Shown piece after piece: positions 34,486 through 38,606 of a stretch of DNA of 38,606 bases. A program made the translations under genes and the position numbers. The notes under the pieces were generated by a model. That model was given only the letters and a program-made list of their open reading frames with translations. It searched no databases and was not told where the DNA came from. Each line of letters begins with the position of its first letter. Position 1 is the stretch's first letter. Source of the stretch: Octopus bimaculoides (Eukaryota); assembly GCF_001194135.2 (NCBI RefSeq), contig NC_068994.1, positions 43,911,694-43,950,299 of the forward strand, given 5' to 3'.

Positions 34486-34685
34486 CCCTTAAACTTTCAG
34501 ATTGTTCTGTCAAATGTAAAGCATATTCACATTGTTTTGAATTAATCATGCATTATCTTGCAGCATCAAGATTTTCATGGTGTGATTGTTCATTTTCAGA
34601 ATGGCATTGTAGGGTAGGTGTGAGAGGCTGGTGCTGGCCAGTTTGAACATAAAACAGAGAGAATATTAGGACCAGATTTGGCCAA
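34486..34685. mobile_element. piggyBac-type MITE, partial (same family as 21518-22057)
   Basis: TTAA|CCCTT...; the body TTCACATTGTTTTGAATTAATCATGC...GTAGGGTAGGTGTGAG matches; the right TIR is not evident. Confidence 0.7.
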
Positions 34686-34834
34686 AAATTTCCAGAGAGG
34701 GGTAAGACTAATAAGGTTAAAGCTTCTCTTGGTTAGTTGCAGGTTGACACCAGTAGGAAAGAACATGGGCAGACAGGGAATTCCAGAGGGATTTGATGTG
34801 GGGAGAAAGGAGAGAGTGGAGTGGTGATCATTTA

Positions 34835-35035
34835 TCTTTTATTCTTTACTTGTTTCAGTGGTCAGACTGCAGCCATGCTGGGATACCACCTTGAAGTATT
34901 TCAGTCAAACGAGTGAACCCCAGTACTTACATCTTTTTTAAAGCCTGATATTTATTCTAACAGTTTCTTTTGCAGAACCACTAAGTTACAATGACATAAA
35001 CACACCAACACTGGTTGTCAACACAGACACAAAGA
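34835..35035 (-). mobile_element. SINE family A, 3' half
   Basis: TTTTACTTGTTTCAGT..GACTGCAGCCATGCTGGG..CCACCTTGAAG...CTGGTTGTCAA. Confidence 0.8.
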
Positions 35036-35600
35036 CACACACACACACACACACACACTCACACACGTATATATATATATATATATATATATATATNNNN
35101 NNNNNNNNNNNNNNNNNNNNNNNNNNNNNNNNNNNNNNNNNNNNNNNNNNNNNNNNNNNNNNNNNNNNNNNNNNNNNNNNNNNNNNNNNNNNNNNNNNNN
35201 NNNNNNNNNNNNNNNNNNNNNNNNNNNNNNNNNNNNNNNNNNNNNNNNNNNNNNNNNNNNNNNNNNNNNNNNNNNNNNNNNNNNNNNNNNNNNNNNNNNN
35301 NNNNNNNNNNNNNNNNNNNNNNNNNNNNNNNNNNNNNNNNNNNNNNNNNNNNNNNNNNNNNNNNNNNNNNNNNNNNNNNNNNNNNNNNNNNNNNNNNNNN
35401 NNNNNNNNNNNNNNNNNNNNNNNNNNNNNNNNNNNNNNNNNNNNNNNNNNNNNNNNNNNNNNNNNNNNNNNNNNNNNNNNNNNNNNNNNNNNNNNNNNNN
35501 NNNNNNNNNNNNNNNNNNNNNNNNNNNNNNNNNNNNNNNNNNNNNNNNNNNNNNNNNNNNNNNNNNNNNNNNNNNNNNNNNNNNNNNNNNNNNNNNNNNN

Positions 35601-35654
<54 letters not shown>

Positions 35655-35661
35655 CTCAGTT

Positions 35662-35995
35662 TGTGTGGATGGATGGAGTGTGGAAACCTTTGATGGCTAG
35701 AGGTGTTGGAGTGAGAGAGGCAAGAGAGGTTATAAATGATAGGAAAGCTTGGAGAGTGTTTACGGACAGATGAGTGAATTTGATGTTACTCAAAGAGGTA
35801 CAGAACCAGCATGATGCAGTGGGTGTATACCAGCATATGCTGTCAGGCCCCACTGCTGATATTGGGGGTTGCGTTCTATGCCTTGACCCGAGCATAGGAC
35901 AGGGTTTACCTCTTTGAGCTGGGAAATGAATGGAATGCCTGGTGTGTGTCTTGCTGTGGCTACCCCCTCCTAAAAAAATGGGGTATAGGCCTGGG
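35662..35995 (+). mobile_element. RTE-type LINE 3' end (ORF C-terminus + 3' UTR)
   Basis: WMDGVWKPLMARGVGVREAREVINDRKAWRVFTDR* (stop at 35771-35773) fits the W.D.V...A.....DR..WR terminus of RTE-clade ORFs. A GC-rich UTR follows with hairpin GTTCTATGC..GCATAGGAC. Confidence 0.65.
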
Positions 35996-36019
35996 TATAT
36001 ATACATATATATAGACAAT

Positions 36020-36150
36020 GGTCTTCTTTCTGTTTCTTTCTACTGAATCCAGTCATAAGGCTTTGGTCAGCCTGAAGTAGGAGACATTTGCCCAGGTGCC
36101 ATACAGTGTGACTGAAATTGGAACCATGTGGCTGGGAAGCAAACTTCTTA
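36020..36150 (-). mobile_element. SINE family A head
   Basis: AAGGCTTTGGTCAGCC...AGACATTTGCCCAGGTGCCATACAGT..GACTGAA..GGAACCATGTGG on +. Confidence 0.75.
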
Positions 36151-36606
36151 GTGTCGTTTTAATAATTAGTTGGACAGACTAATTAATAGACATATCTCTA
36201 AAGAGATAGAGTAATTACTATTGTCATGCTTTTCATCAAAGGTATGCTCAATGGAAGCTAACCTAAGATGAAGAACAATAACAACAATTGATGTCTATAA
36301 TTCTTTACTTCTTTTTTCTCTTTATTTCTGGTTTTTTTTCTACATACCTGAATTGTATGCTCGTAGATTTATGAAGGTGTTTTCTTGGAATCAACTTACA
36401 TTCTACACAATGGCTACAAAGGTTGATTCACAACCACATGGTTTCAGGTTCAGTCCCATTGCGGGGGAAACCTTGGGAAAAATGTCTGCTAATATACCCC
36501 CAGGTCACTTGATGTGGTTGGGAAGCAAACGTCTTACCACATGGCAACATCTGTGCCTTTTCCATAATGCAAAACCAAAATCGTTATTGACATGGAACAA
36601 CGGTAA

Positions 36607-36740
36607 CACGAGACAGCAACAACAACAATGACAACAACAACAACAATAACAACAATGACAATGACAATGACAACAACATCAACATCAATGACAACAGTAA
36701 CATCAACAACAACAACAATAATGACAGCAACAACATCAAA
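36607..36740. repeat. Compound (AAC/AAT/GAC)n trinucleotide repeat
   Basis: Seen directly; it explains the poly-T/M and poly-V ORFs. Confidence 0.9.
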
Positions 36741-36906
36741 AACAGTAAATGTTTCCAATACAGAGCTTAAGGCCAGCAATTCTGATATGAAGGGATCATT
36801 TCCCAACTAAAACAAAATCTACCCACATACAATTAATCCCACGAAATGTCTTTGCCTGCCAACATTGCATGTTTTCATCCTTAACTAAATCACTACCAAT
36901 TTCCAT

Positions 36907-37063
36907 AAAGTATATGGTTAGCCCAATGTTCTTGTAAAGACATTTGCCAAAGTTGCCACAAATCAGAATCAAACCTGACAACCTGTAGTTGCAAAACAAA
37001 CCTCTTAACCACATAGCCAGTTCTACACCTCCTATTTATTAACTTTCATAATTCACTCAAAAC
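36907..37063 (+). repeat. Derived copy of 33032-33188
   Basis: Near-identical, lacks the upstream SINE context of the source, and is preceded by TTCCATAAAGT also found at about 32998. Confidence 0.9.
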
Positions 37064-37118
37064 TTTTTTTTAACTACAAACCCTTATGCTAGTTATGAAT
37101 CATATTGATATAGATATA

Positions 37119-37653
37119 CAGGGTGATTGAAAAGTAATTCGTTATTTTAAAATAATTATAAATTATTTGTTAATTGTAATTTTTACAAAAAGAAATGGAT
37201 ATGAGGGAAAAGCTTTTAGTATGAGGTTTTATTTAAAATTTGATACGGGCTACAGATGTCGCCACCAGTTTCTTGAGTCACTCAGGAATTGTGTCAACTG
37301 ATTTCACCAGAAACTCTTGTGGGATGGAAGGTATAGTTTCATATATTCACCCTTCAAGTTCTTCCAAAGTCCTTGGTTTGGTACAGTAGACTTTTTCCTT
37401 TAACCAACCTCAAAGAAAGAAGTCACAAGGTGTTGAGTTGGGACTCCTGACTGGCCACTCATGCAGACCACAATGACCCATCCATGTCTCAGAGACGTGG
37501 GCATTCAGCCATTTACGAATGACAAGAGCAATAGAATTATGGATTAAATTCTCATACTTCAAAAGACAAACACAAAAAATTTGAGAAAAGAATTACAATT
37601 AATAAATAATTTATAAGCATTTTAAAATAGGGAGTTACTTCTCAATCACCATA
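37119..37653 (-). mobile_element. Internally deleted Tc1/mariner-superfamily transposon with transposase C-terminal remnant (37233-37529)
   Basis: TA-flanked ~35-bp TIRs (CAGGGTGATTGAAAAGTAATTC.. / ..GAGTTACTTCTCAATCACC). On - it reads ...EWPVRSPNSTPCDFFL*GWLKEKVYCTKPRTLEELE..., with 3 in-frame stops. Confidence 0.9.
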
Positions 37654-37680
37654 TAGTTTCTACAAATTTCAGCAAATTAG

Positions 37681-37892
37681 TATAATCCTTTCTACTATAA
37701 GCACAAGGCCTGAAATGGGGGGGGGGAGACTAGTCACTTACATTGACTCCAATGTTTCACTGGTACTTAATTTATTGACCCAGAAAGGAGGATAGGCAGA
37801 AAGACGGAATTTGAACTCAGAATGTAGCAACTGGCAAAATAGCACTATGCATTTCATCCAGCATGCTAACGATTCTACTAGCTCGACATCTT
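37681..37892 (-). mobile_element. tRNA-derived SINE family B
   Basis: CCTTTCTACTATA.GCACAAGGCCTGAAAT...CTGGTACTTAATTTATTGACCC...GAATTTGAACTCAGAA...CAGCATGCTAACGATTCT; homologous to 771-1010. Confidence 0.8.
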
Positions 37893-37994
37893 AACGAATT
37901 AGTATAATGTTGCCTCTATGAAATCCTTTACTTACACTTTTGTTACCATATTTCTATTGACATACACTACTTAATGAATTTTAAGGTTAATCCT

Positions 37995-38225
37995 TTTATT
38001 CTTTTACTTGTTTCAGTCATTTGACTGTGGCCATGCTGGAGCACTGCCTTGAAGGGTTTTTTTTTTTTTTTTTCTTTTTAGTCAAACAAATCAATGCCAG
38101 GACTTATTTTTTTAAAGCCTAGAACTTATTCTATTGGTCTCTTTTGCCAAACTGATAAACAACGGGGACATAAACACATTAACACCAGTTGTCAAGCAGT
38201 GGGGTGGGGAGGCAAACACAGACAC
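37995..38225 (-). mobile_element. SINE family A, 3' half
   Basis: TTTTACTTGTTTCAGTCATTTGACTGTGGCCATGCTGGAGCACTGCCTTGAAGGG...CAGTTGTCAAGCAGTGG. Confidence 0.85.
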
Positions 38226-38549
38226 ATGTATGACTTTCACCTTTCAGGGATCATCCATTTAATTCCATGACAAATGTTTTGGACTCTCATTTTCCAGATA
38301 TAGCCAACCAGCTTTGTGAAAATTTTTTATTAGTGTGTCTGATTCATAGTTGTAATATCTTTTTAAAACAATCCCATCACTCATGCCTATTTAACTGTTC
38401 TTTATCATTATCTTGTTCAATGTGGATGAGATGACTTCAAATCTATACAATCCTGACTTGGCATTTCATGATTGATCTAATGGACAAGCAATTGCATTTC
38501 TTGTCTGGAATGATTTCACTTCTTAAATTTCATTCTCAAAAGAATAAAA

Positions 38550-38606
<57 letters not shown>

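Noticed and set aside
1735-35773. Many long ORFs rich in YI, HT, CV, MY or X
   Set aside because: They are translations of (TA)n, (CA)n and (TG)n microsatellites and N gaps, which lack stop codons; they have no protein-like content.

Overview
This is repeat-dense, AT-rich eukaryotic DNA with about a dozen N gaps, most of them beside microsatellites. The SINE/MITE families and (TA)/(CA) microsatellite load point to an octopod cephalopod genome, probably an Octopus draft assembly (inference from recognition, not a search). Most long ORFs in the track are microsatellite or gap artefacts. Real coding signal is limited to a broken mariner transposase (2-314), a Penelope-like GIY-YIG C-terminus (20734-21000, -), an RTE-type LINE 3' end (35662-35995), a decayed Tc1/mariner transposase inside an internally deleted element (37119-37653), and a few small candidate host exons. 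The best of these are the phase-compatible + strand pair 7106-7208 and 9711-9742, which I cannot identify. The most interesting signal is RNA-structural. At least three repeat families carry hammerhead-ribozyme-like motifs. One is a Penelope-like element whose 3' repeat places a tRNA-like Pol III cassette between the ORF stop and the hammerhead; it occurs both attached to coding sequence and as a solo, TSD-flanked, SINE-like copy. Also notable are an ~870-bp spacerless palindrome (18499-19371) and a tRNA-Thr-like composite with inverted plus direct repeats and a 15-bp TSD (28161-28602). Family labels A, B, C and G are my working names, and SINE boundaries are approximate.
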